The notes under the pieces were generated by a model, which was given only the letters and a program-made list of their open reading frames with translations, searched no databases and had not been told where the DNA came from. From contig NIVC01002686.1 in assembly GCA_002269645.1 (NCBI GenBank), positions 1 through 64,000 on the forward strand: DNA of 64,000 bases. Direction: 5' to 3'. Shown here in pieces: positions 48,187 through 61,398 of the stretch; position 1 is the first letter of the stretch; every line of letters starts with the position of its first letter. Source of the DNA: Macrostomum lignano. Its lineage: Eukaryota. The position numbers were made by a program, and so were the translations under genes.

Positions 48187-50163
48187 TGGATTTCGAAGCG
48201 CAGTTCATCTTCCAGGTAAGCCAATCAAACACTGTGGATCTACAGGTTGCCTGGTCTCAAAAAAGTGTTAAATCTAAGTCGATCTAAGCTCTTCTATTGA
48301 CGAGGACTACTGTTAAAGTCAGGTAAAAAATGGTTTATTGACTAATTGATTTTCTAGCAATTCAGTTTACAATTAGTCTTATTAATTGTTCAAATTAAGC
48401 TTTTAAAAAAGAATAAGATAATTTCTCGCCGTAATTTCGGCGCCTGTGACAGAATGGTGGGGTGGGGCGCGGTGCCGGACTCAGCTGGGACAAATCAGCG
48501 GGAGGTGAAAAAAATTGGACACGGCAGAAAAGTGATAGAAATGCAGCAACAAGACGGTAAGTGAGACTTTATTGGACGCCCAGCGTGAAGCGGAGTCTGG
48601 AGAAATTTGTATTTTTTTCCGCCTTCCAACAGAAGCCTGCATGTTGTCTGTATCTACAATGGCTAATACACATGTAATGATGCTAGTAGTTGAGACTATA
48701 CTCAAATTCATTGCCGCGTGTGACTTTGCGCAGCATGCGGCCCGGGCCCACCGCAATGTCCAGCGCAGTTGCAGAGCGAGCAGCAGATGTCCGAGGTCGG
48801 ATACCGAACCACTTTCGGGCCCCGTGTGTCCCCCAGCCATTCAAAATTGAAAACCTGCCGGTTGTCTGTGGCAACCCGACGCCTCGTTTATCATGGAGGC
48901 TTTAGCTAAATTGCTTAGACGCTGGCCTTGCTTATTTGTTAGTGGAAGCTTGCAACAAAAAATGGCTTCAATTGAAAGTTGAGTGAGAGCGAGAGTGAAG
49001 GAGCTGAAGTGAGAGACAAGCTCGAAAATATAGGAATAAGAGAAAAGGCAGCGGGGGGCGCGGCAGCCCAGGGCCTCATCTCGTATGCGGGCGCCGAGCC
49101 ACCTTTGGAGTGGGCGCGGACCCCCCGCGGACCTTTGGGTGGCGTTGTGGATTTTTATTAAAAATTTTCTCTAACAAAAGACACCCTCTCCAAAGAGGCG
49201 CTTTAATACAGATCCGAGCTAGTATTGAGCAGCCAGGCAGGGCCACTTTCACCCGTATCTGAGAATCGGTGCGCGCCCGACGCGACCCCAAGCTGCAGCC
49301 CCCCCCCCCGCTGTGCCCGCCTGTCGCTGTCTGTCAAAATATCGCTGCGGCTCGAGACTGTGACGCTTATGGGGTAACGATCAGGAGAAGAAAAAGGGGG
49401 CGGGGCCCTGCGCGAGGATAGAGAGAGTTCGGGAAGGGCTGAGCTGTTTTGACATGCCAGCTCATGGCATGCGATGTCATTGCGTGCTCTCTTAGTCAGG
49501 CTGGAGCGTAGTCGGCAAGCTGTAATGCCGCTTTCACTTTCGAATTCTTACTATTAGTAGTAAAAAAACCATAAGTTGCATTATTGAGCACCAGATATCC
49601 TTACCATGCTACAAATATCAGTAGCAATGCATGCGAGTAGGAAGAGACGATTTAAAAGTAAGAACGCTGCATTTGAAATTAATGGTGGCTGTAATTACAG
49701 TTAGCTTTCAGAAGCCTTAAATCTTCGTCTTTTAGTAATTTATATTAGGCGTATACTCGTATACTTTTATACTTGCCAACAATGAACAATAGGTATATCT
49801 TATGAAAAGATTGGGCTTCAAATAAAAAATCTACAGCTAATGTTGTGTTGAAAATACCTTAAATCACTGTAATATAATTATTGCGTAAACTTAGACTTCA
49901 AAAGTTTCCTATGAAACTTTCTTAAACTACTGTACTTACATAATGTAAGTTACATTGCATACTTACTGTAAATACAACTCAACTCCTCGGCAGTCGCACA
50001 CCGAGTCCGTAGCGCAACTCAAGGCACCCACAGCTTCCTCCCTCGTCTTTGCAAAGTTCTCCAGTTCTCAGCTCAAAATCGCTGGATTTCCTCCAGTTTT
50101 GTCTGGAATTTTGTCTCGATTTTGTAGATTTTGTGCCGAGGCGCTGATTGACAGGCGACAGAG

Positions 50164-50613
50164 CTTCCGCGTTGTCAGCAGTTCGTCTACCTCGGTAGTC
50201 TGGTTCCCGGCGTCCGCGAGGATTTGCGGCGTCGCCGCGGGCTTGACTGGGCTGCTTTCATTCTCTGAGGGCAGTCCTGCAGTCCGAGGCCTTACCTGAC
50301 CGCCAGAGGGCGGTTTTGTTCCGAGACCGTCCTGCTGTACAACGCCGAGACCTGGACGCTGACGGAGTCGCTCGAGCAACAAGTTGACGCGGCGCACGCT
50401 GGCTTGCTGCATGCCGCCTTCAAAATCAGCTACGAGCGAGTGACCAACGCGGCTTTGTATTGCCGCGCCGGCCTGGTCCGTCTAAGCGACCTGTTGCGCC
50501 GTCGGCGACTCCAACTGGCAGGCCACATCATCCGCGCCGAGTCGTACTGCCCTCAACCGGTGCAGGAGGTGCTGCTGCTAACGCTGCAGGCACCCTACCG
50601 GCGGGGGCAGGCC
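50164..50613 (+). mobile_element. RTE-like non-LTR retrotransposon fragment (end of RT plus C-terminal region)
   Basis: QQFVYLGS..DLRRRRG..WAAF..ALPDRQRA and, after an indel, ETVLLYNAETWTLT..RRRRLQLAGHIIRAE. These are typical post-RT motifs of RTE-clade elements. Confidence 0.8.
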
Positions 50614-50614
50614 G

Positions 50615-52070
50615 AAATTCTCGGCCAGTCATCTTCGCCTCGCGAGGCCTGTCCGATACGGTGCGCCGCTACTATGCGTCGGAGAAAGGAGTCTCTGGTT
50701 TGCGTCTGGAGCAGCAAACATTGGCACCTGCTGCTGTGTACGGTCGAAAGTTCAAGCTGCTCACCGACCACATCACGCGCTGATGGCCCAGCTGTTACCT
50801 CGAGTAGTCGACCAACGACTGACTTCAGTTCAGCGACGGTGGGAGCGACTCTTCGTCTAGGACTTCGACATCGAGTACGTCCCCGGCAAGCTCAACGTCC
50901 AGCCCGACTTTCTGTCTCGCTACGACTACAAGGGCAAGAGCGCAGCCTAAGAGTCCAACGACCAGCACCAGAGCGAGTCCGACATCAACCTGGTGATGGC
51001 CAGAAGCGCCGAGCTGATTTCAGTGACTCAACCAGCCCTGCCTCTAATAAAATAAAAAGAAGGGCTTCGAGCAGGCGCACCACGAGCTTTTCCTGTGAGA
51101 GGCAGCCCAGCCGTCATCCCGACTGACCTCCGCGATCTTGTGCTGGCAGAGGCGCATCAAGGACATCTCGGCGTCGCCAAAGTCAAGGCGCGGAGCCGCG
51201 ACACGGTCTAGTGGTCGCGCATCAACAGTGACTTGGAGGCCTTCGTGCGGAACTGCAGCGCCTGCGTCCTGTTCGAGAAGGCGTTTAAGCCGATCAAGGT
51301 CCCATGGTCAGCGACGGAGCTTCCAGAGTGTCCATGGCGACAGCTGCAAGTCGAAATCGTCGGAGTGCTGAAGGCAGCCGAGGTTGCCGCAGTCCCATCA
51401 ATTTTCATCGTAGTCCACGATCTCTACTTCAAGTGGACTGAGATTATCGCGTCTTCACCCGGGACTGCCGCCACCTGCTCGACATCACGCACCGATAAAC
51501 TCCTTTCTACTGCCTAAGCAGAATGTTAGAATCGGTTCAACGGCTTCATCAATACCTGAAGCAGGCGGTTCAGGAGCTGCTGCTGGCGTATCAGTCAACC
51601 GAGTACGCACTGACCAAGAAGTCGCCGTATGAACTGATGCTCCGCCTGCCCCTCGAGCGTCTTCAACCAGCAAGCACCGAGTCAACGACGGTTCAGAAGC
51701 TGTGGCGCAGTGTTACAGATCGACAGCAGCAGGCAGAGAGCCTCCACCGGATTCGCAAGCAGAACCAGCCGCTGAAGGACGCAGCGTCCGCCGGCCGAGG
51801 CGTTGAAAGCTCAGCAGCGGCGTCACCGAGACGCAAAGAGTCGTCAGTTCGCGAGGGCAACACAATCACTTTGACCGATGGCAGCGCTGGCGCATCATTT
51901 GCTGCATCCTGGATGACCACCACGACTGATGTGACGAGGCCGATACGGAGGTTCCACAGCAGCCAGACGGCGGGCAACCAGAGACGGCGCCGCCACCGCC
52001 ACCGCCTCGCGCTGCTCAGAGAGACTTCGCTCACCGCCTTAGTGGTTCTGCAACGTTTTGACCCATGATT
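50615..52070 (+). mobile_element. Gypsy-like LTR retrotransposon pol fragment (RNase H plus integrase), degenerate
   Basis: RPVIFASRGLS..RRY, YGRKFKLLTDH, FDIEYVPGKLNVQPDFLSR, H-QGHLGVAKVKAR..W..INSDLEAFVRNCSAC (HHCC), PWRQLQVEIVG, LLLAYQST...KSPYELML. Internal deletions and frameshifts. Confidence 0.85.
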
Positions 52071-52187
52071 GACTGAGTTGACTAACTGACCGAACCGAAA
52101 AACATCAAGATGTTCCACTGAAATTGCTTGCTTTAATGCGACTGCTTATCTCATCCGAATTCTGTCATCTCTGCACCTCTGAGATGA

Positions 52188-52346
52188 TGTTGTTAATGTG
52201 CATGCTCTATGCTATATGTAGCGTACGCGAACAGATGTACATCTGTCAGTCCAGGCAATATATATTGAGTGCTAGCTCATTAGGTGAGAGCCACCTCTCC
52301 TTTCCTCCCAACTCCTAAGTCGACTTCAGTCATTTGGCTAGCAACA
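52188..52346 (+). repeat. Possible short 3' LTR of the Gypsy fragment
   Basis: Bounded by TGTTG...CAACA just downstream of the integrase remnant. No second copy is present and the PPT is weak. Confidence 0.25.
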
Positions 52347-52974
52347 AGCAATGCGGAAGTCCTTCGTGCCGATAAAACAATGCCAAGGAGCTCATCTGAG
52401 CAGCACTGAGCAGCACGGGATCTGCACCTGGATCCGTCCTGCACACTGCCGTGGCACCTCGCAACAGGTGCAAGATTTTGCGTGTAAAATAATTTTTGTC
52501 CGCCTCGTTTTAGCAGCCACAGCTTATGATGCCTTTTTGTTCATCTGAATGCCGCCGATGCCACAACCACTGAGGCTGCGGCCGTATCCCAAAACAGAGT
52601 GCCGATTCTCGTAGCTTGTGCTGGCCGGACCAACGCTCCTGTTTTGGAATGAAATTTGTGATCGTGCAAGATTTCTATGTTAGGGTGACTCGCTGGTCAC
52701 CGACCTTGAAGGAAGGGGCGCTCAGCAGGTCAATGAGGTCAGATGTCAAACCCTGCTACAGCAATCCGATGTAGGCGACATCGGCCAAAGTTTCCGACTA
52801 GCAAATGGGTACTGTTACATTACACCCATGTTGTGGCCGACGTATAGCGCCGTCATCCGCCGGCGAGATATGAAATACACATCTGTATGCGTCGGGTACG
52901 TCGTCGGACGTTGGCGGACGTCGATGGACGCCGGAATGTTGCACGAGTAAAACGTTATAGAAGATATTGTTGTA

Positions 52975-55370
52975 CCCCCCGGGATGGCCCCGGGAGCTGC
53001 AAATCCGGCTAGGGTAGCAGGTGCTGCCTAGCTGGGAGACACCCAGGTCCCGCCTACGCCGTCTCTAACGCTGCTAGAGTTCACAGTAACTTCCGGCTGG
53101 CGAAAGTTCACCTGCCGCGGTCCCTGAATGCTGCGAGAGTTCACAGCTGCCTTGTTCCCCGCACGGTACCCGGGAAGACAAAGAGACTCACACCTGTGGT
53201 TCGGGCAGACTCCAACAATGGGGCGAAACAACAGCGAACCAACCGTCACGTGTTTGTTAGTTTACTGCAACTGACGCGAGCGGTACCAAGGGTAGAGACG
53301 AGACGGGACGGAGCGCGCGCATTAAATAGCAAAGAAAAAGGAGAGGAGGGTAAACTGATAGACAATAACCAAGTACATACCACCCAGCTGGCCAGCCAAT
53401 CACAAGCCACCAGCCTGGGAGGGGTGGAGGGCCCGCGCAAGAGACCAGGGGGGGGCCTGGGCAGGCCGTAGGCCAGGCTAGGGTGAGGCTTAAGCCCCCA
53501 AACCAACCAGAACCAGAGAAAAAAGAGTAGAGAAAGAGAAAAGGTCAAGAGGGTGGGGCCCTCACAGACGCAGCACAGCAAAAAATATCTATGGCTGGCC
53601 ATGGCGATGTCGTAAATCCTCGCAATTATCAGGACCAAGACAGTCGGTTCGACAAACTGCTGATTTCGTGGAAACTCACTTCAGCCTCAATGTCTCAATA
53701 GCAGCCTCAGCCTCCATGTCAATGTTGGAGACAAGAAGGCACCCTTCTAGAGACCATCATGTGGTCCCCGGACGCTTCTGGCCTGAACAACGGGGCCGAG
53801 TCGACTAATGGCCTTCCCATTCAGTGATGCTCCGACCGGAGCGAGAGAGCCAATGCTGCGTGGATAGAGATCGAACCTCAGCAACAGCAACAACAACTGC
53901 ATCAGATCTCGACCGATCATCCCAACGCTGAGAGCTTACCCATCAACCAAGTCCTGCGCCTGCGAGGCGGGTGCGACCATCCTGGCCGCCGCCCCAAACA
54001 CGGCCGCCCTAAGACTAACACGGAGGCGGGCACAGAGCTCATTTTACAGTTCAACTGCAACGGCCTTCGGGGCCGTCATACTGAGCTGGCCAAATGGCTC
54101 CACGTCAATCGCCCGGCTACAGCCTTGCTGCAGGAAATGAAGCTAACCAGAGGCACCGACTACAACCCAACAGCCGGATACTACGTCGCCGTGCGATGCG
54201 ATGGACTATCAAAAGAGATTGCCGGCACCCGGGCCACCGATAACGAGTAAGAGGGGGGTCCATCCAACCAGCCCACCCAGTCTGTTGGCCCCGATGCTGG
54301 CCCGACTGTAGAAGCCAGCGCCGATAGCTGCCCCACACCATGGGCAAACTGCGGCCGCATTGTCAAGCGCCCCCGCTGCCGCATCCGCTGGCCGGCTGAT
54401 AAAACCGATAAGTCTGAATGCTGCCGCGGCTGCCGCTTAGGCAGGACCACCTGCACCCGCAGAGACGAGCCGTGGCCGCGCAACCAATGCAGTCGCAGCC
54501 ACAGGCCCAGACCCACCAGAGCGCGTCACGCAATTGAGCGCCAAATGACAACCAGCCGGAGCAGAAACGAAGGACCGCTAACTCGAAGCCGCCCCCGGAC
54601 CCGGACCCGGAAACGCCACCAAATCGCCATCAAACAAAAATTAACAAAGCGACCCACGTCAGAGGAGGCACCCTGATCCTGGTGCGCACTGACATTGCGT
54701 CCGACACGACGCCGCCGCTACCGGACGACAAACGCACCCTCCTGGACTGCGCTTCCGCTACTATTCACCTAGTAAGGGACAGGTACCGGTCAGCCTGGTC
54801 TCTCTATACGCACCTCCGACCAGCAGCCAACGCGGGGAAACCTGGCAACCCCCGCTCCACCTGGTCCCGAACGCCGCTGGCCCCACCATAGCTGGGATCG
54901 GTACCAAGACGAAGACGAGCGTGGTAGATTGGTGGAGGCCTGGTCGACCACACGCAACCTGAGACTTGCCATACGCGTAAACCATACGCGACTGAACCCA
55001 GCGACAGGAGGCAAATCAACCCTTGACCAAGGACTACTAGACTAAACGAAGTTTTCCTAGTGGTCCTTGCCCCTGACCTGACCTAGACCAGCAACGACCT
55101 ACTGCAAAGCATCGCGGAAGGCTGAATGACCCACAACGACCTGGGGTCCGACCACCTGCCCAGCTCCTTCCCGATCCACAGACACACCAAACCACCGCGG
55201 AAAGGCAAGAGCCTACCACGGGCCACGTGTTTCCGGAAGGCCGATTGGGGTGGTTTCAACGAAGAGCTCACTGAGATAGTCTACCCAACAAACGGTGTCC
55301 AGCTCGCGCACCTTCACGCCATCATCTGCAACGCCTTTACCAGCCTTTTGAGGGGGTGGCTCCCCTTGCG
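52975..55370 (+). mobile_element. APE-type non-LTR retrotransposon (I/Jockey-like group) 5' fragment; RT absent; left boundary uncertain
   Basis: APE endonuclease motifs in broken frames: ILQFNCNGL..LLQEMKL..GYYVAVRCD (54040-54200), RGGTLILVRTDI (54661-54696), DLGSDHLP and FRKADWGGF (55138-55257). Confidence 0.78.
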
Positions 55371-57574
55371 GTCCCCTCGCCAAATCGCATTTATTCATTT
55401 AAATTTTAACCGCCACATATGATCAAGCTACTTGTAAGTAGAAAGTTTAAAACATGTATCCAACAAAAAACGAATAGTGTGAGAAAGTATTTCGCAATAA
55501 ACTAACCTACAATGACGGTTGTTAAGTTGTTTAGTTTCATCTAATAATACGAGCAATAGGCAACTGCTTAGAAAATGCATTAACTACGAAAATAGTCTAC
55601 TCTAACCTATGAGTAAAACTCAAGGGCTAATTGTGCTCAATAATTGTACCACAGCTATGAAAGAATGGGTCATCAGTAGCTGAGCTAAACTGAAGCCATG
55701 GAAAAAATAGCTTTGCGTTGAGAGGTTGCCTGGTGTCAATGGCTTAAGCTGGGAATGAAAAATCGACGATGGCGAGCCCGGCATGATGTAAAACTGGGGG
55801 GGGGGGCAGTTTCAACTCAGACTCTCTCCTCTGCCCCGTTCCCCTCTCTCTTCATCCTCGTACAGCCAACTAAGGCTAGCCAAATCTATTCCATGCAATC
55901 CAAACCGTAAGCCAAAAGTCGCATATATTTATACACATACACACACAGGGCTCTCATGCATTCCCATCGGAAAAGCGGGAAAAGGAGAGAGAGAGACAGA
56001 CAGACAGAAGAAAAAGCAAAAGGAGAGCGAGAATTTCCCGAACCCGATAGCGCACAAAGTTGCTAATGGAATCTGCTTAATCAGACGCAGCCGAAAAGCT
56101 GGACAGTTGGCTATTATTACTACTAGGCTGATATTTGGTCCGCGCATGTATATTCAACACTGGCACTGTACTATGGCGAACGGCGTTTGCTAATAAATGC
56201 TTGCACTACTGCTATTGCTGTTGGAAACCTCTTGTATGCATAGGTTCTGTACGCCCCAGACGGAAAGACTTACAGGGGCCGCTTTGGGGAGAAGATCGGT
56301 CGGTCGGGTTGGAGAGCTGGCCCAGCTGTTTAGGCCTTTCAAGCAAGGGGCGGAAAAGAGGGGTTAGGGGCGGGGCCTGGCCGGCTCTCTCCACTCACTC
56401 TCTCTCTTCCCTCTCTCTCCTGCACTGCAAGTCCAGGGTGGCGGCGGCGGAGTGAATCAGTGAGTGTGTGGGTGTCTCCAGAGCATGCCTTCGCGCTGCA
56501 CGGTGCACATGGCTGCAGCCGATGCAGACAGGCAGACAGACAGACAGACAGACTGCAAAGGAATAGAGAAGGAACAGGAGACGCAGAGACAGAAGGCAGA
56601 CAGACACGCGGAGAGAGAGAGAGAGTGAGGGGTAGAGAAATCGGCGGTCACGTTGCACAAATGCAGAAAATTTGCTTGGCAATGATTTTGTACCTGGCAA
56701 TCGGCTGAATGAATGGCGACGCCCGATGTCTTTTCTACTTGTTGTGCATACTTCTTCAAGCCGGTGCTTGGCATCCCCTACACTACCTCGATGGCCAACC
56801 GGAAGAGGGGAGAGAACCAAGTCAGTGTAATAGGCCAAGTAGACAAAGGAGCGTACCTCTCTGTCTGCACGGGTGTTTTAACTCTATAAGTAATTTTTGT
56901 GTGGACGCGCGCGCGTTGGGATTGACAGAAGAAAGCCGGCACATTGCTTTGGTAGCGCGTACGCACGAAGTGCGCGGCGCGCATGTACACCTGGGCCTCG
57001 CTGCCACGCGCTTTGTACACAATTTGCTTCACAAGCACAATGGGTCGCGTGCAGGGGGCTGCCTGACTGATTGCTCTCTTGGCAAGAATTTGCTAAGCAT
57101 GTACGAGTATTGCTTGCTTACATTGTGTCACTGGGCCGCTGCAGTAAGCATGCAAATTCTTCGAACATTACAGTATCAACAGTTTATCTGACTACATGAC
57201 TCTGAGATAGTCTTACTTGTCTGAGTCAAGCTGATAAAACCCTAAGTGAGTTTGATGATTCAAGAGTCTGTTTGGTATATGCCAAAGATCGCTATGATTA
57301 CTCAAAGTACTTTTTTTAGTATATGGCATCAATGAGTAGCAGAATAGCAGATGAATCAGGGGTCTCAAAATGAATATGATATTTAATTTAATAATAATAA
57401 TCCTATTTTGGCCGATCGGAGTTACTAAAGAAGAGAAACGCTGCAACTGCAATGTGAGGCCAGGTACGAGCTATCAGGTAATCAGTGATGAAATCAAACG
57501 TGTGGTAGCCATTAGGAACTTCTTGGGTCAGATCGTGAGCTGTCAGCCGGCATCGCGAGATGCCAAGTTAAACC

Positions 57575-58492
57575 ATGAGATGCCAAGTTAGACCATGAGG
57601 TATGTGCCAAGTTAGACCATGAGGTGCCAAGTTAGACCATGAGGTGCCAAGTTAGACCATGAGGTAAGTGCCAAGTTAGACCATGAGGTGCCAAGTTAGA
57701 CCATGAGGTAAGTGCCAAGTTAGACCATGAGGTATGTGCCAAGTTAGACCATGAGGTATGTGCCAAGTTAGACCATGAGGTAGGTGCCAAGTTAGACCAT
57801 GAGGTGCCAAGTTAGACCATGAGAGGTAAGTGCCAAGTTAGACCATGAGGTAGGTGCCAAGTTAGACCATGAGGTGCCAAGTTAGACCATGAGAGGTAAG
57901 TGCCAAGTTAGACCATGAGGTATGTGCCAAGTTAGACCATGAGGTGCCAAGTTAGACCATGAAGTGCCAAGTTAGACCATGAGGTAGGTGCCAAGTTAGA
58001 CCATGAGGTATGTGCCAAGTTAGACCATGAGGTGCCAAGTTAGACCATGAGGTAAGTGCCAAGTTAGACCATGAGGTGCCAAGTTAGACCATGAGGTGCC
58101 AAGTTAGACCATGAGGTAGGTGCCAAGTTAGACCATGAGGTAGGTGCCAAGTTAGACCATGAGGTAGGTGCCAAGTTAGACCATGAGGTAGGTGCCAAGT
58201 TAGACCATGAGGTATGTGCCAAGTTAGACCATGAGGTATGTGCCAAGTTAGACCATGAGGTGCCAAGTTAGACCATGAGGTATGTGCCAAGTTAGACCAT
58301 GAGGTAAGTGCCAAGTTAGACCATGAGGTGCCAAGTTAGACCATGAAGTGCCAAGTTAGACCATGAGGTAGGTGCCAAGTTAGACCATGAGGTATGTGCC
58401 AAGTTAGACCATGAGGTGCCAAGTTAGACCATGAGGTGCCAAGTTAGACCATGAAGTGCCAAGTTAGACCATGAGGTGCCAAGTTAGACCAT
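57575..58492. repeat. 20/24-bp minisatellite
   Basis: GTGCCAAGTTAGACCATGAG(GTAT/GTAG/GTAA) tandem copies. Confidence 0.97.
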
Positions 58493-59629
58493 ACCAGGTT
58501 AAATCAATAGGTGCAAGTTCAGTCAACATGAAAAAAATATGTGAAAATCGCCTGACACTTTAGCTTAACGCTCGCGGCGTTGATTTCGCGACAGAGATTT
58601 TTCAGCGCTTGAAAAATAGCCAGTGAGTAAAAAAAGCACTTCGTTAGTCCATTCCTTGCAGTTCACGCAGCAGAAAGGCGCGCGCACGAGGTTGCGGCCA
58701 AGCTGCACTGCTGGGCAACTCTCTGCAATGCTTGCAGTTGCGCTTAAGCGAGATTCAGCTGCTGTTTACAAAAAAGGACTTAACAGTCTCCATTGCGTGT
58801 ACGCAGTTTTTGGAATCAGTCGCACCCCCTCTCTATATCTCTATGCATTCTATAGTTAGGCATTAGTCAGTCGAGGGCTAATACTCAGGCGACGGTGGCA
58901 CAATGTACAGGACCAGGCAGGGTGTAAGAAAATGGGAAACAGGGCAAAGGGAGGAATATGTAAAAACAGTCTCAACAACTATTGAGACCGTAAAGACTCG
59001 TCTCTCAGCCGCGATGGGAGAAGAGCACAGAGGCAGCGATAAGGGAAAGAGGATGAGAGAGGCAGCTGAGAGGAAGAGTCAGATGCCATGCTATCTGAGG
59101 ACTTCTTCTCTTTTTGTTTCGATAGATTTTGTCCCCAATAAGTAATAAATCTTCCTCTATTGGCAGCCGGGCTCTCCTAGACGTGTACGCTGATTGTACA
59201 CAACAATTTTATCGAGAGTCGCGCACAGAAGCGCCTTTATAATCGCTTTGTGCACGAGAGAATATTTGTATCCGGGTGTAGAGCGCATGCCTAAAAGTGC
59301 ATCGAGTGCATGCGCGAGACCAGCAGCTGAACGGAGAGGGCGAGGGCGAGGCAGACAGAATTTGGGACGGGCGGCGAGAGGGGGGCGGAATGGCGATGAA
59401 GGAGTGTCAGGGGGATGATTCGACTGCGGAATGACAGAGTGAGTGAGAGAGTGCAAAAGAGATGAAGAGTTGACGCTGCGGCCTGATGAAGAAGGAGTTT
59501 TTTGTTGCGCTCAGTCCAATCGCGCTCGGATTAAATCTGCACCGTACGATGCAGGGACTTGAAGATCGAATGTACAATGAGCGGTGAGCGAAGTGTCTGA
59601 TAGATAAGGGAAGCGATCCCAGCCGTGGG

Positions 59630-60147
59630 ATCAGGGTAAGATGGAGTTGGTAAGGGTAAGATGGGGTTGGTCAGGGTAAGATGGAGTTGGTCATGGTAAG
59701 ATGGGGTTGGTCAGGGTAAGATGGGGTTGGTCAGGGTAAGATGGAGTTGGTCATGGTAAGATGGGGTTGGTCAGGGTAAGATGGAGTTGGTCAGGGTAGG
59801 GGTTGGTCAGGGTAAGATGGAGTTGGTCAGGGTAAAATGGAGTTGGTCATGGTAAGATGGGGTTGGTCAGGGTAAGATGGGGTTGGTCAGGGTAAGATGG
59901 AGTTGGTCATGGTAAGATGGGGTTGGTCAGGGTAAGATGGAGTTGGTCAGGGTAGGGGTTGGTCAGGGTAAGATGGAGTTGGTCAGGGTAAGATGGAGTT
60001 GGTCAGGGTAAGATGGAGTTGGTCAGGGTAAGATGGAGTTGGTCATGGTAAGATGGGTTTGGTCAGGGTAAGATGGAGTTGGTCATGGTAAGATGGGGTT
60101 GGTCAGGGTAAGATGGGGTTGGTCAGGGTAAGATGGAGTTGGTAAGG
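59630..60147. repeat. 20-bp minisatellite
   Basis: GGTCAGGGTAAGATGGAGTT tandem copies. Confidence 0.97.
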
Positions 60148-60787
60148 GCGTAAGATTTTGAAGATTTTGAAGATGTAAGATTTTGAAGGCCGAAAATTAA
60201 AACCATAATCTTGATTCTATGCCAATAGTTAAGCATTTTTTCTCTCAAGGATGTAACGAACTTACCAATTTAAGCCACATCTACTCGTACAGCGACATGT
60301 TTTAACACTGTTACTTGAATGTAAGCTAGACAAACTCACCCTTGCGATCTCATGTTGTTGTGCTATCAAAAATTAAGAAATGCAGCCAACGACTAAAGGC
60401 AAAGGCTTCTCCTGACTTTAATGTAAACAAATTTGACTTTCGACGGACAAAATTAGTCAAAGCATCATCTCTACAAATCTAGGAGTACCTCCAATTTTTT
60501 AGAGTGCTATTTAAGAAGACAGAACTTTCTATTGCAACTGCATTTCGAAGCGCAATGTAATTATGCTAAGCGAAGCCCCTGTTCGGTCGTACACTATAGG
60601 TAGGTATGAGATTAGCCTACTTTGCGCGCCCGTTAAGATTTAGTGCAGTCACCATGCACAGCTGTATTCTGAATTCGCTATTTACCAGAGAAACGCTTGC
60701 GCCAACGAATTCTTGCAAACTTGGATTCGAGCTAATACCATTTTGTTTTGAATTGCTGTTTACAGCTCAATATGTTAAGGAAAGGAC

Positions 60788-61398
60788 ATGACCTAAACTC
60801 CACATGGCCAAAAAAGGTTAAAGCATCCACTTTCATGAGACCTAAACTCCACATGGCCAAAAAAGGTTAAAGCATCCACTTTTATGAGACCTAAACTCCA
60901 CATGGCCAAAAAAGGTTAAAGCATCCACTTTCATGAGACCTAAACTCCACATGCCTAAAAGATCTAAGCATCCACTTTCATGAGACCTAAACTCCACATG
61001 CCTAAAAGATCTAAGCATCCACTTTCATGAGACCTAAACTCCACATGGCCAAAAAAGGTTAAAGCATCCACTTTCATGAGACCTAAACTCCACATGGCCA
61101 AAAAAGGTTAAAGCATCCACTTTCATGATACCTAAACTCCACATGGCCAAAAAAGGTTAAAGCATCCACTTTCATGATACCTAAACTCCACATGGCCAAA
61201 AAAGGTTAAAGCATCCACTTTCATGATACCTAAACTCCACATGGCCAAAAAAGGTTAAAGCATCCACTTTCATGATACCTAAACTCCACATGGCCAAAAA
61301 AGGTTAAAGCATCCACTTTCATGATACCTAAACTCCACATGGCCAAAAAAGGTTAAAGCATCCACTTTCATGATACCTAAACTCCACATGGCCTAAAA
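60788..61398. repeat. 49-bp minisatellite (~12 copies)
   Basis: GACCTAAACTCCACATGGCCAAAAAAGGTTAAAGCATCCACTTTCATGA tandem copies. Confidence 0.97.

Noticed and set aside
50068-50412. 114-aa minus ORF as a separate gene
   Set aside because: Antisense of the RTE fragment
53603-53623. GDVVNPR as a decayed 2A (DVExNPGP) peptide in the LINE
   Set aside because: Needs several changes including an indel; too degenerate to support
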